NCBI GenBank assembly: GCA_963708425.1
Contig: OY970206.1
Location: 1,841,208 to 1,905,207, forward strand
Length of the DNA stretch: 64,000 nt
Direction: 5' to 3'
Source of the DNA: an uncultured Alphaproteobacteria bacterium
GTDB taxonomy: Bacteria; Pseudomonadota; Alphaproteobacteria; Rhodobacterales; Rhodobacteraceae
Part shown: positions 18,642-28,325 of the stretch, piece after piece
How positions within the stretch are numbered: position 1 is the stretch's first letter
How the letters are laid out: the number at the start of each line of letters is the position of its first letter
Notes under the pieces: model-generated
Told to the model about the DNA's origin: nothing
The model's input: only the letters and a program-made list of their open reading frames with translations
Databases searched by the model: none
Program-made: the position numbers and the translations under genes

Positions 18642-19321
18642 AAGCGGTTGGCATCATCGGCGGTATGGGCCCGGAGGCGACGGTTTTGCTGATGCAAAAG
18701 CTGCTTGCCGCTGTGCCCGCCCGTGATGATGCCGACCATATCCCCCTGATTGTGCACCAAAACCCGGCCGTGCCCAGCCGCATCAAACGGCTGATCGACG
18801 GTGTGGGCGATGATCCGGCCCCTATTCTGGCGCAGATGGCGCAAGACTTGGCGGCGGCTGGCGCGCGGGCGCTTGCAATGCCCTGCAACACCGCACATGC
18901 CTATGCACCGCAAATCATCGCCGCGACGTCGCTGCCATTTCTGGATATGCGCGACGCGAGCATGCAGCATCTGTGCCGTTTTTTGCCGCCCGGGGCAAAA
19001 ATCGGGCTGCTAGCTTCTCCCGCCGTGCGTATGGTTGGCGTGTTCGATCAGCCCTGCGCCAATGCTGGCCTGACGCCAGTCTTTCTGGACGATGATGCGC
19101 CGCTGCTTGGCTTGATCCAAACCGTCAAGTCCGGCGATATGGGTTGTTCTGCTCAGGCTGAAATGGCGCGTCTGGCCGATCTGCTTGCGACCCGCTGCGA
19201 TCATCTTCTGATTGCCTGCACCGAATTGTCGCTGCTGACGTCCGCGCTCGTTGGCTTGGCGTGGACGGATACCCTTGATTGTCTGACGGCAAGGATCGTT
19301 GCCTTTGCCAAAAGCCGCTAG
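18638..19321 (+). CDS. Aspartate/glutamate racemase family protein (PLP-independent amino-acid racemase)
   Basis: The N-terminus is [15 protein letters not shown]. Two catalytic-Cys regions are present (AMPCNTAH and LIACTELS). The GTG start overlaps the upstream stop (GTGA at 18638-18641). Confidence 0.85.
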   Translation: MKAVGIIGGMGPEATVLLMQKLLAAVPARDDADHIPLIVHQNPAVPSRIKRLIDGVGDDPAPILAQMAQDLAAAGARALAMPCNTAHAYAPQIIAATSLPFLDMRDASMQHLCRFLPPGAKIGLLASPAVRMVGVFDQPCANAGLTPVFLDDDAPLLGLIQTVKSGDMGCSAQAEMARLADLLATRCDHLLIACTELSLLTSALVGLAWTDTLDCLTARIVAFAKSR

Positions 19322-19381
19322 GCTTGCGGCCATCGTCGCCAGCGCCTACCCTTTGCTCGGAATGCTGAAAACGAGGATGCA

Positions 19382-20209
19382 ATGACCTATCTGCGATCTC
19401 TTATGACGCTGATCGCAGCGCTGATGCGGCGCAGCGAACGCGCCGAGTTGGGCCTGATAGCGGCGGGTGTTGCGTTCTTCGGTTTTCTGGCGATCTTTCC
19501 GGCGGTGGCGGTAGTTATTGCCGTTTGGGGGTTTGTGGCAGACCCCGCTGTGATCCGGCAAGAGGTTGCCCTGTTGCAGGACTTTTTGCCGATCGAGGCC
19601 TATGTCTTGATTGTGGCGCAAGTCGACGGCCTGCTTTCTGCCAATAACCGTACATTGGGGTGGTCGACCGTTTTCTCGACGGTGCTTGCGTTTTGGGCGG
19701 CGCGCGCCGGTATGGCCGCGCTGATCCAGGGGCTCAACGCGGTGCATCATCTGCCACAGCGCACCAACGTCTGGCATCAGGTGCAGGCACTGGTCATGAC
19801 GGTTGCGTTGGTGGGGCTTGCCTTGGGTGCGATGTTGGCATCGGTTGTTGGGCCGCTGGTGATCGGGCTTTTACCACTTGGGCGTTTTGCTGCGATTACG
19901 TTAGAGTTGGCGAACTTTGCCTTAGGCGCGGCACTTTTGGTGCTGGCGATCGGACTGGCCTACCGATTTGGCCCGAACCGAACGCTGGCCCATCCCCTGT
20001 TTACGCGGGGGCTGTTACTAGCCCTTATCCTTTGGGCGCTGGCGTCACGTGGGTTTGTGATTTATCTGGCTAACTTTAACACCTATAACCAAATATATGG
20101 ATCAATCGGCGCAGTGGCTGCCCTGCTAATGTGGCTTTATCTTAGCGTGTACGCTGTGCTAATTGGGGCTGCGTACGATGCCGAACGCAGCGCACAGGCC
20201 AATCAATAG
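19382..20209 (+). CDS. YihY/BrkB family inner-membrane protein
   Basis: 275 aa, polytopic. The typical N-terminal GLIAAGVAFFGFLAIFPA block and the C-terminal YGSIGAVAALLMWLYLS block are present. Confidence 0.8.
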   Translation: MTYLRSLMTLIAALMRRSERAELGLIAAGVAFFGFLAIFPAVAVVIAVWGFVADPAVIRQEVALLQDFLPIEAYVLIVAQVDGLLSANNRTLGWSTVFSTVLAFWAARAGMAALIQGLNAVHHLPQRTNVWHQVQALVMTVALVGLALGAMLASVVGPLVIGLLPLGRFAAITLELANFALGAALLVLAIGLAYRFGPNRTLAHPLFTRGLLLALILWALASRGFVIYLANFNTYNQIYGSIGAVAALLMWLYLSVYAVLIGAAYDAERSAQANQ

Positions 20210-23200
20210 TCCTTTTCCAAGACGATGCCGATACCTGTGGTGCCATCCGCACTGGCACGTCCGCGAAGAGTAATGTTGTCGGTTACATCAAGGTTCAGCT
20301 GGATTTGGCTTTTGCCATCTTGGTCAACCTCGATCTCCGAATAAACGTTGCGCGAAATGTATTTGCCTGCCCGCAAAGATGCCGTGCCCTCTTCGTCGGT
20401 GCGTACATCCAGATCGTCCAGCCCAAACCCCTTGCGCAACTTGGCGACGATGCCTTCGCCACCTTTGCCCGCCAGACTCGCCACGGCACTTGCCAACTGA
20501 GCCGCCTGAAATGCCGACAGAGTTTCCAGCCCACGGTCAAACAAAAGTCGCGAAAGAACTTCTTCTTGCGGCAATTCAGGGGATGATGTGAAGCTGACTT
20601 TCGGATCATTTGCCAATCCTTCGATCAGCACGGAACTAGTGATACCATCACTTTCCGTGGATGCTGCAATCCGAATGAAAGGCACGAAATCACCCTGAAG
20701 CTGCACCTGTGCCTCTGATAGAACAAGCCGCTTGCCAAGAATATCAAGTCGGCCACGGATCAGGTTCAGCCCGCCTTCCGGGATCACCGTCGCCGTGTTG
20801 CCCCGTAGCCGCAAACTTCCCCCCAGCTCTGCATCAAGTCCGCGACCGCGCAGAAACACTCGGTTCGGGGCGGAAATTGTCAGATCAAGGCCGTAGGCAC
20901 GAACGTCGGCCCGTCCTTCGCCTCCGTCCGCAGAGCCCAACAGACCAGCACGGGCGCGCGTCGCCCGCACTGGACCAGGTTCGCGGATGTGCCGCAAATC
21001 GGGAATAGCCTCGACACCGCCAAGACCGCTTGAGGGGATCTGCAATTCGGTGTCGCGTAGCGCAATTGTTCCGGCGATCAATGCCCCGCCCACTAGCGGC
21101 CCCCTGACCGTCAGATCGCCAGAGGCGCGGGTTTCGTACAGCTGCGGGTCACGCAAAACGACACCGCGCAGCCCAAGCGCAAGGTCGGCGGTGTTCGGCG
21201 CGGCAAGGCCAACCGAGCCGCTGATCGCGGTTGTGCCACCCGTCGAAACCGCTGCCTGTCCGGTAATCTGCGCCTGCCCGCCAGACAGTTCTGAAACCAG
21301 CGATGCGTCTTGCAAGGCAAACGGCAGGTCAGGGCTGCTGATCCGCCCGCCCGATAGAGACACCCGGCCGGTAAGGGATGCCAGCTGCGTCGGCCCGTTC
21401 AGCCGCAGATCAAAGTTTAGTCCACCAGACAGCGCGCGAGGCTCGATGAACGGATTTGCAAGCGCCGCTTGCCCCGTACCTTTGATCGTCAGATCGGCCT
21501 GACCACCGCTGGCCACCAGGCCTGCCACCGTTGCATTAATCTGTCCCGGCCCCCGCGCCTGCAGGTTCAAGCGGAGCCCTTGGCTTTCATCAATGGCAGT
21601 GCCGGAAACCGTAACTGGGCCTGGAAACTCCGGCAGCAGCAGGCCCAGATTTGCCAGTTTTGCCGTCAGATCAATCTGCGATGCCGCCCCGTTTGGTGCC
21701 TTGGCGTTAACGGTGATTTGCGGATTGCGAACGTTAGCTTCGGCCACCCAGACGTTGCCATCTGTGACGTTCATTTTGAGCGACAGTGTTGACTGGCCGC
21801 GCAGTAGTTTGTCAGCTTCGGCTTGGCCAATCGAGAGGCTGTCACCCAACCCATCAAATGTGATCTTGCCCGATTGCAGCGTTCCCGTCAGCGTAGCCTT
21901 CGCCATCAATGCGCCCTGATACTGCCGCCCCATGGCTGACAGATCGGCAAAATTGAGTTCGGCCACAATTTCACTGCCCGAACTTGCAATTTTGCCCGAC
22001 GCCGTGGCTTTCAGGGTGGCAGCGGTGACAACTAGGTTGCGCAGGTCAGTTCCGGTTTCCGTCCGTAAAACCGACACATCTACGCGGGATTGGCCTTTCA
22101 GCAAAGCATCCACTTCTGCCTGACCAATACGCAAGTCGGTGCCGTTGATTGCCGCTTTCAGGTCGAACGTACCTCCTAGGATACTGGCGGTTCCTACCAG
22201 ACTTGCATTGCCACTTCCGGCAAGTGGGCGCCCTGCAATTGAAGACAGGCGGGCAAGATCGGCAAGTTGCGCCGTGGCTTGTCCAGTCACTGCGATGCCG
22301 GTCGAAAGCCCTTCAATCTTGCCGGTCGCAGTAAGATCAACACCAGTGGCCACCAAATCGAAGGCTGAAAACTCAAGATTGCCAGTTCCTTCTTGCCACA
22401 GTCCACTTGCTGATCCAGTGACTGTGGGGCCAAGTGCTTGCGCCAAAGCCGGGTCCGCAGGTGCCAATCCATCGGCTCTGAATTGGGTCGTGAAATTGAA
22501 AAGCGTCCCTGTGTCGACGCGGCTAATATTGCCCGACCCATCCAACGACAGCCGGGTGATCGTCAGGTCAGGCCGATCAAAACCGTCGATCTGACCCGCG
22601 ATGATCCAGTCATCGCCCTTTGTCGCATCAAACGACAAATCAAGATCGGCGCTCGAAATACGAATTTCCTGATCGGTGGTCAGCGGCAGCAGAACTGGCG
22701 TTCCGTCGGGTGATCCGAGGGCCGCGTTCAGGTTGAACTTCTCTGGTAAGCCATCCGCCGCTATCGCAAGATTTCCCTTTAACGCCAACACCCGCGTCTG
22801 CACCGACAGATCAGATAGCAGCATTCGCCCATCAACCGCGCGCGCGCCCGACGCACTAAGTGCCACGTTTGAACCGAAAAACTCCGCATATTCGGGCAGA
22901 AACAGCGGGGCGAGATCGCCCGCCAAATCGGCACTGAACTGCGTTGCACCGTCCTCGCTGCCACCCAGCGTAACTTTGCCGCTTAACCGATCGACGCCGT
23001 CGGTCGAAAGGCCAATGTCTGCGGTAAAGTCAGTGACTGGCCCGCTGCCCTTGATCGTCAGGCTGGCGCTTGGTAAGCCGGGCAGATCCAGCAGCGTGGC
23101 GGAAATGCCGCCCGCCGCCTCGGTCGCGTCCAGATCAAGCACCAATTGCTGGCTGGCATTGGAATAACTGGCGGAAAGGGCAACGTTGCCGTCCGGTCCA

Positions 23201-23724
23201 TCATCGGTACGATCGACAGTAAAGTTCGCCCGTCCCTCGCCGCCGAACAGCGAGAGTGACGCCTCGAACGTGCCCTCAATTGCGGTACCCATAACGGGCG
23301 CGCCAAGCTTGATCCGTTCGGCAGCGATCCGGCCGATATCAACTGAAACCGGCAATTCCGGCAGTGAAAACCCAGACGCTTCGGGCGATGGCAACGCACT
23401 TTCATCGGCCACCGGTCGTCGGGCGACAATAATTTCCTCGGCCGTCAGCGCGTTTACCGAAAGCTCGCCGCTAAACAGTGCGGCCCGGTTCCAATCCAAC
23501 GCCACACCGTTCAGCGTCAGCCAAACTCCATCCTTGTCGGCAATGGTCATCGACGTAAGTGTTGCCTGCGACGACAACGCCCCCGCAAATCCCGTAATCG
23601 TAACCTTCCGCCCGATGTCAGATAGGTTGTCTTCCAAAAACGCCGTCAGATAACTGCGATCATCTGTTTGCGCCGCGACTATGCAGGGCCACATCAGGAC
23701 AAAGGGGAAAAGCCAGCGCCACAT
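20203..23724 (-). CDS. tamB: Translocation and assembly module inner-membrane subunit TamB
   Basis: About 1173 aa, repetitive and beta-rich, with an N-terminal anchor MWRWLFPFVLMWPCIVA. The C-terminus is DUF490-like (GKYISRNVYSEIEVDQDGKSQIQLNLDV). Start ATG 23724 overlaps the tamA stop by 1 nt. Confidence 0.85.
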   Translation of the reverse strand: MWRWLFPFVLMWPCIVAAQTDDRSYLTAFLEDNLSDIGRKVTITGFAGALSSQATLTSMTIADKDGVWLTLNGVALDWNRAALFSGELSVNALTAEEIIVARRPVADESALPSPEASGFSLPELPVSVDIGRIAAERIKLGAPVMGTAIEGTFEASLSLFGGEGRANFTVDRTDDGPDGNVALSASYSNASQQLVLDLDATEAAGGISATLLDLPGLPSASLTIKGSGPVTDFTADIGLSTDGVDRLSGKVTLGGSEDGATQFSADLAGDLAPLFLPEYAEFFGSNVALSASGARAVDGRMLLSDLSVQTRVLALKGNLAIAADGLPEKFNLNAALGSPDGTPVLLPLTTDQEIRISSADLDLSFDATKGDDWIIAGQIDGFDRPDLTITRLSLDGSGNISRVDTGTLFNFTTQFRADGLAPADPALAQALGPTVTGSASGLWQEGTGNLEFSAFDLVATGVDLTATGKIEGLSTGIAVTGQATAQLADLARLSSIAGRPLAGSGNASLVGTASILGGTFDLKAAINGTDLRIGQAEVDALLKGQSRVDVSVLRTETGTDLRNLVVTAATLKATASGKIASSGSEIVAELNFADLSAMGRQYQGALMAKATLTGTLQSGKITFDGLGDSLSIGQAEADKLLRGQSTLSLKMNVTDGNVWVAEANVRNPQITVNAKAPNGAASQIDLTAKLANLGLLLPEFPGPVTVSGTAIDESQGLRLNLQARGPGQINATVAGLVASGGQADLTIKGTGQAALANPFIEPRALSGGLNFDLRLNGPTQLASLTGRVSLSGGRISSPDLPFALQDASLVSELSGGQAQITGQAAVSTGGTTAISGSVGLAAPNTADLALGLRGVVLRDPQLYETRASGDLTVRGPLVGGALIAGTIALRDTELQIPSSGLGGVEAIPDLRHIREPGPVRATRARAGLLGSADGGEGRADVRAYGLDLTISAPNRVFLRGRGLDAELGGSLRLRGNTATVIPEGGLNLIRGRLDILGKRLVLSEAQVQLQGDFVPFIRIAASTESDGITSSVLIEGLANDPKVSFTSSPELPQEEVLSRLLFDRGLETLSAFQAAQLASAVASLAGKGGEGIVAKLRKGFGLDDLDVRTDEEGTASLRAGKYISRNVYSEIEVDQDGKSQIQLNLDVTDNITLRGRASADGTTGIGIVLEKDY

Positions 23725-25547
23725 CAGAACGATTGCCCAATGCCGACGTAAATCTGCACGCCTTCGCCCGTGTCGCCCCCAACCGGCGTCGCCACGTCCA
23801 GCCGTATCGGGCCAAATCCGGTCGCATAGCGCAGCCCTAATCCTGCCCCAGCGTGCCAATCTGCCGACACGTCATTGAAGCTGGCTAATGATACTTGGCC
23901 GACATCAACAAACCCCACTACTCCGATCCTTTCTGTAACTTTGGCGCGCACTTCTGCACTGGCAGCCACAAAATATGTGCCGCCTGTCTTAATCTCATTG
24001 CCTGGCGTGCCAAGCTCCTCGACGCCCAGCGATTGGTAAGGTTGCCCCCGCACTGTCCCGCCACCGCCGGTGTAAAACAGAAAGTCCCGAGGCGTGCCTT
24101 CAAGGCTTGATCCCAGTATGGCCCCGCCTTGCAGCCGGGCCGCAAAAACCACGCCATTGTTTTCGCCAAACCCGCGATAGGCGCGCCCATCAAACGTCAG
24201 TCTTGCCCCCGAATCCGTTGTGCCAAACCCCAAGAACGGCTTCGCTTCGGCCTCCAGGTAGAACCCCTTGGTGGCATCGGTCTTGTTATCGCGCTTGTCC
24301 CAGACCACACCCAGCGGCAGCGACAAGTTGCGGTACAGAAAATTGCCCGCTTCATCGCTGCCATCCGAATATTCATAGTCCAGCCCGACACTTGCACTTA
24401 GCTGTTCGTTGAAGATGTGCGAAAAGCCAATGCCCGTCGAAACCGTATTCGCGATGAAATCCTGTTCGTCCAGATGGGCTATGTCGAAATGAAAACTGGC
24501 ATTCGTATCGGGCGACAACGTTGCCGGTCGATCCAGCGTCACGCCCAAAGCATAGTCCACACCGCTGGCTTGCGCGCCGATATTGGTGACTTCTGCGGAA
24601 AAGCCAAGCCGTTCACCGCCGCCCAAAAGGTTGCGATGCAGCCATGATCCGGTCAGGTTAAGCCCATCGAAACTGGCAATTTCCGCACCAATGCTGTAGC
24701 GGCGCAGCTTTTCTTCTACCAATGTAGCCGTGACGCCCAGCTGATCCGGCACCGTAACCACCTCATCCTCGGTCAAAGAGACCGATTTGAAAATGCCGGT
24801 GCGCCGCAAGCGTTCTGTCGCGCGTCTGAGCTCGAGCGGGCTGAAAACCTCGCCTTCTGGCAAGCCCGCAATCTTGCGGATACGGCGCTCGCGCATCCGC
24901 TCCTGCCCGGTGATCACCAGCCTGCCAAAGCGCAACTTCTGGCCGGGGTTCAGCTTTACCGATGCCGCCAAGGTGTTGTTGCGATGGTCCGCCGACAAGT
25001 CTTGCGCGGCGGTTTCGGCCTTGGCATGGCCGACATCGCGCCAAGCGTCGATCCCGACAGTCACCGCCTCGCGGATCACGCCAGACGCAGCAACTGCACC
25101 AAGTGCAAACCCTTTTGGCAGCACGGTTCCAGGCGCAAGTGGGGCGATGTCGGCGCGCGAAAACCTAAAAGCTGGCCCTGGCTCAACGATGACTTCAATC
25201 TTCCCTATCTGTGATGGCGCATCCAGCGGAGCAATGTTTGCTGCCTCTTTCCCGTCAATCAAGACGTGGATCACGCCAGAATAGTGCCCGCGCGCATACA
25301 GAGCGCCCAAAAGCCTGCTGTAATCGGCGCGTGCAGCGGCAAACAAATCTTGCGGATCAACCACATTGTCGCGCTTGGCCGCCAGCAACAGTGACGCGCC
25401 GCGCAGGTCGTCACTCAGGTCTTCTGATGCGCCGGGGGTGTTGAACTCGATCCGGTCGAACGCAAAAGCTTGCGGCACAACCAGCATCAGCCCAGCAACC
25501 AGAGCCAAGACCAAACCCGTCTTTGCGTGCCGACCTAACCGTGCCAC
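23724..25547 (-). CDS. tamA: Outer-membrane Omp85-family protein TamA
   Basis: It has a signal peptide, POTRA-like repeats and a C-terminal beta-barrel ending GIGQSF with an aromatic terminal residue. It lies directly upstream of tamB. Confidence 0.85.
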   Translation of the reverse strand: MARLGRHAKTGLVLALVAGLMLVVPQAFAFDRIEFNTPGASEDLSDDLRGASLLLAAKRDNVVDPQDLFAAARADYSRLLGALYARGHYSGVIHVLIDGKEAANIAPLDAPSQIGKIEVIVEPGPAFRFSRADIAPLAPGTVLPKGFALGAVAASGVIREAVTVGIDAWRDVGHAKAETAAQDLSADHRNNTLAASVKLNPGQKLRFGRLVITGQERMRERRIRKIAGLPEGEVFSPLELRRATERLRRTGIFKSVSLTEDEVVTVPDQLGVTATLVEEKLRRYSIGAEIASFDGLNLTGSWLHRNLLGGGERLGFSAEVTNIGAQASGVDYALGVTLDRPATLSPDTNASFHFDIAHLDEQDFIANTVSTGIGFSHIFNEQLSASVGLDYEYSDGSDEAGNFLYRNLSLPLGVVWDKRDNKTDATKGFYLEAEAKPFLGFGTTDSGARLTFDGRAYRGFGENNGVVFAARLQGGAILGSSLEGTPRDFLFYTGGGGTVRGQPYQSLGVEELGTPGNEIKTGGTYFVAASAEVRAKVTERIGVVGFVDVGQVSLASFNDVSADWHAGAGLGLRYATGFGPIRLDVATPVGGDTGEGVQIYVGIGQSF

Positions 25548-25605
25548 GTTTGCCCCCGATCCGATGATCTCAAACTATTGCAGCTTGGCCCGGCAAGGGC
25601 AATGC

Positions 25606-25641
25606 AACCAAAAGTGAAACGGCGAAAACCGCCCTTTGGTT
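25606..25641 (-). terminator. Candidate terminator downstream of the ROK regulator gene
   Basis: On the minus strand, GGCGG-TTTT-CGCC is followed by the T-rich GTTTCACTTTTGGTT. An outer AACCAAA/TTTGGTT pairing is also possible. Confidence 0.4.
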
Positions 25642-25654
25642 CCGTGACTTCGCG

Positions 25655-26854
25655 TTATTGCGCCGCCAAATCCCGGCTTGGTGCAATCAGGCCATCACTA
25701 ACCACCGAAAGCGCGAGCGCAGCCGCGCCATGCGCCCACAGCAGATCGCCCCAAGCATGAATTTCGATCGGCGGCAGTGGCCGCCCCGTTACAATTGCCA
25801 GATTGTCCATTTCGGCCAGAGTTTCGGCCGCATACAGATAGTCATATCGCATCCGTTCGCCGGAAAGGATAATCAACGCAGGATCAAACAGGTTGATAAC
25901 GTTCGAAAGGCCGACTGCCAGATACCGGCCTGCACGTCGAAAAATTGACCGGGCCGCACCATTGCCCGCCTTGGCGTGATCATAAAGGCTTTCCAAAACC
26001 ACCGATATGGATTGGCCTTCCTTATGCTCCCAATTCAGCGCTGTCGTCGCCTCGCGCGCCAGCGCGTAATCGGCAACATACGCCTCAAGGCACCCTCGCT
26101 GACCACAGCGGCAAAGTGCGCCGTCCAGCTGCACCTTAGTATGGCCGAGCTCCATTCCCAGCCGCTGCCCGCCGCGAAAGATCCGGTGATTCAGCACATA
26201 ACCCATGCCGACCCCATGCTCGATTGTTACTACTGCAAAATCGGACAGGCCGCGCCCTGCGCCAAACCACAATTCGGCCAGAGTCACAAGATTGGCGTCG
26301 TTGTCGATGGTAACCGGCAATCCAAGTCGTGACCCAGCTACTGCGGCAAGCGGCACGCCGCGTTCCAACAGTACCGACGACCAATGGACAATGCCTTCAA
26401 CGCAGTCGACAAACCCCGGCATGCCCAATCCCATAGCTGACAGCTGCGATGATGGGATGCCTGCCTTTAGACAAACACGCTCCAAAAGGGTGTCTATTGC
26501 AGCCAATAATTCGGCTAATGACATCGGGCCTGGCTTCCGAGGTATCACATCATCGGCGATCATGTTCCCGGCAAAGTCAACGATCACGGCAGTATGTTCG
26601 CGGTCCGACAGCTTCATGCCCGCAACGAAATGCGCTTCGGCACGAACGCCAAGCGCCACCGCTGGTCTGCCGCGCCCTGCCTCGCCTTCGCGCGGTGCAG
26701 CTACCTCCTCGATTAACCCTGCCTCCAACAGCTCTTGGGTAATGGTGGTAACAGAGGCTGGGCTAACACCTAAGTCCTTGGCAAGCTGAACCCTGGGAAT
26801 AAGCCCAGTCGCGCGCACCCGCTCAAACACCTGTTGCCGCATTGGCCGCAACAT
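25655..26854 (-). CDS. ROK family transcriptional regulator, probable xylose repressor
   Basis: It has an N-terminal wHTH (RVQLAKDLGVSPASVTTITQELLEAGLI). The ROK sugar-kinase-like body carries the zinc motif GHTKV...CRCGQRGCLE. It is divergent from xylF. The start is uncertain (Met at 26854 or 26842; the longest ORF reaches 26974). Confidence 0.8.
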   Translation of the reverse strand: MLRPMRQQVFERVRATGLIPRVQLAKDLGVSPASVTTITQELLEAGLIEEVAAPREGEAGRGRPAVALGVRAEAHFVAGMKLSDREHTAVIVDFAGNMIADDVIPRKPGPMSLAELLAAIDTLLERVCLKAGIPSSQLSAMGLGMPGFVDCVEGIVHWSSVLLERGVPLAAVAGSRLGLPVTIDNDANLVTLAELWFGAGRGLSDFAVVTIEHGVGMGYVLNHRIFRGGQRLGMELGHTKVQLDGALCRCGQRGCLEAYVADYALAREATTALNWEHKEGQSISVVLESLYDHAKAGNGAARSIFRRAGRYLAVGLSNVINLFDPALIILSGERMRYDYLYAAETLAEMDNLAIVTGRPLPPIEIHAWGDLLWAHGAAALALSVVSDGLIAPSRDLAAQ

Positions 26855-27053
26855 GTCGGAAAGCGGCGGAATAAGCGGGCCACAGCCCTTCCGACCCTCT
26901 GATGCTTCCTCTGATGGCGGTCGCGGCAGCATTTCTTCGCTCTCCAAACAAAAGACCGGGGTTTTCTTTCGCAAAGCGCCAGTTTCTGCCGCGACGCAGC
27001 GAAAGATGACCTACACAGCACCAGAACACAGCTTCAACCATGTTTTTTAATTT

Positions 27054-27105
27054 GACAACTGAAATTATTGTCGCCATTTTCGATCCGTGCCGACAAATCT
27101 GTCGG
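27054..27105. promoter_or_regulatory. Two inverted repeats sharing a CGACAA/TTGTCG core in the xylR-xylF control region (candidate operator)
   Basis: IR1 is GACAA (27054-27058) with TTGTC (27068-27072). IR2 is CCGACA (27090-27095) with TGTCGG (27100-27105). They lie 40-90 nt upstream of the xylF ATG. Confidence 0.25.
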
Positions 27106-27144
27106 ACCGGCCATTCGCTGGCCGCATCCATAGGGAGGATAATC

Positions 27145-28170
27145 ATGCGTAAGGCAATTCTGCTGGCAGTAATCGCTGCTGCTGGATTCTCGTCGGCAGC
27201 ACTGGCTGAGGGCAAGAAAATTGGTGTTTCTTGGGCAAGCTTCCAAGAAGAGCGTTGGAAGATCGACGAAGCTGCTATGAAAGCTGCTATCGAAGCCGCT
27301 GGTGACGAATACATTTCGGCTGATGCTGAATCGTCGTCCGCCAAGCAGTTGACTGACGTTGAAGCACTGATCGCACAGGGCGCAAACGCGCTGATCATCA
27401 ACGCCTGGGACAAAGACGCCATTGGGCCTGCCATTGAAGCCGCTGCTGCCGAAGGCATTCCGGTTGTTGGCTATGACCGCCTGATCGAAGATGCGCGCAC
27501 GTTCTATCTGACATTCGACAACATCGGCGTGGGCCGGATCATCGCTGAATCGGTGATGGCCGCGAAGCCTGAAGGCAACTACGCGATCATCAAGGGCGAC
27601 CCCGGTGACCCGAACGCTGCCTTCCTGCTGGAAGGCATGATGACGGTCATTGGCCAGTCGGTCACCGACGGCAAGATCAAGATCGTCGGCGAGGCGTTCT
27701 CCGACAGCTGGAAGCCGGAAAATGCTCAGAAGAACATGGAGCAGATCCTGACCGCCAACAACAACGCCGTTGACGCCGTTCTGGCCGAAAACGACGGTAT
27801 GGCTGGCGGCGTGATCGCTGCGCTGGCGGCGCAGGGCTTGAACATTCCGGTCGGTGGCCAGGACGGTGACCTTGCTGCCCTGAACCGCGTTGCCCGTGGC
27901 AGCCAGACCGTTTCGGTTTGGAAAGATGCCCGTGCGCTGGGTAAAGCTGCTGGCGAAATCGCGTCGGCTCTGGCTGGCGGCGCTGCGCTGGACGCCGTTG
28001 CTGGTGCGACGAAGTTCTCGGGCGGGGCGAATGGCGTTGAAATGAACGCTATCCTGCTTGACCCGACTCCGATCACCAAAGACAACCTGAATGTCGTGAT
28101 CGACGCGGGCCACATTTCGAAAGAAGCGGCTTGCGAAGGTGCGATGGACGGCATCGCTGCTTGCCAGTAA
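27145..28170 (+). CDS. xylF: D-xylose ABC transporter substrate-binding protein
   Basis: SD GGGAGG precedes ATG 27145 and the signal peptide is MRKAILLAVIAAAGFSSAALA. The body is XylF-like (KIGVSWASFQEERW, VVGYDRLI, IKGDPGDPNA). The xylHGBA genes lie downstream. Confidence 0.9.
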   Translation: MRKAILLAVIAAAGFSSAALAEGKKIGVSWASFQEERWKIDEAAMKAAIEAAGDEYISADAESSSAKQLTDVEALIAQGANALIINAWDKDAIGPAIEAAAAEGIPVVGYDRLIEDARTFYLTFDNIGVGRIIAESVMAAKPEGNYAIIKGDPGDPNAAFLLEGMMTVIGQSVTDGKIKIVGEAFSDSWKPENAQKNMEQILTANNNAVDAVLAENDGMAGGVIAALAAQGLNIPVGGQDGDLAALNRVARGSQTVSVWKDARALGKAAGEIASALAGGAALDAVAGATKFSGGANGVEMNAILLDPTPITKDNLNVVIDAGHISKEAACEGAMDGIAACQ

Positions 28171-28183
28171 TAAGTTGACGTCT

Positions 28184-28210
28184 CCGGCGCAGGCCTATGG
28201 TCTGCGCCGG
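28184..28210 (+). other. Intra-operon stem-loop after xylF (no U-tract)
   Basis: The 9-bp stem is CCGGCGCAG (28184-28192) with CTGCGCCGG (28202-28210). It lies 14 nt after the xylF stop. This is the usual position for a hairpin that raises binding-protein mRNA levels relative to the permease and ATPase genes. Confidence 0.4.
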
Positions 28211-28325
28211 AACATTCTCGCGGCATTTCTGTCGGTAGACCCGCAGCAAAACGAGCTATTTGGCGAACGGTCAGGCGCGGCCTGAGATTGTTCAGTCGTC
28301 ATTCCCAACAGTATTGGACGAGGAC

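Noticed and set aside
23725-23859. A 45-codon N-terminal extension of tamB in the ORF track.
   Set aside because: It overlaps the 3' end of tamA and encodes an Arg/Trp-rich non-signal sequence. The internal Met at 23724 gives the expected TamB membrane anchor and a 1-nt stop/start overlap.
27034-28113. A 359-aa minus-strand ORF.
   Set aside because: It is antisense to xylF, which has a signal peptide, an SD and clear family motifs. The translation is low-complexity (Arg/Val/Asp-rich).
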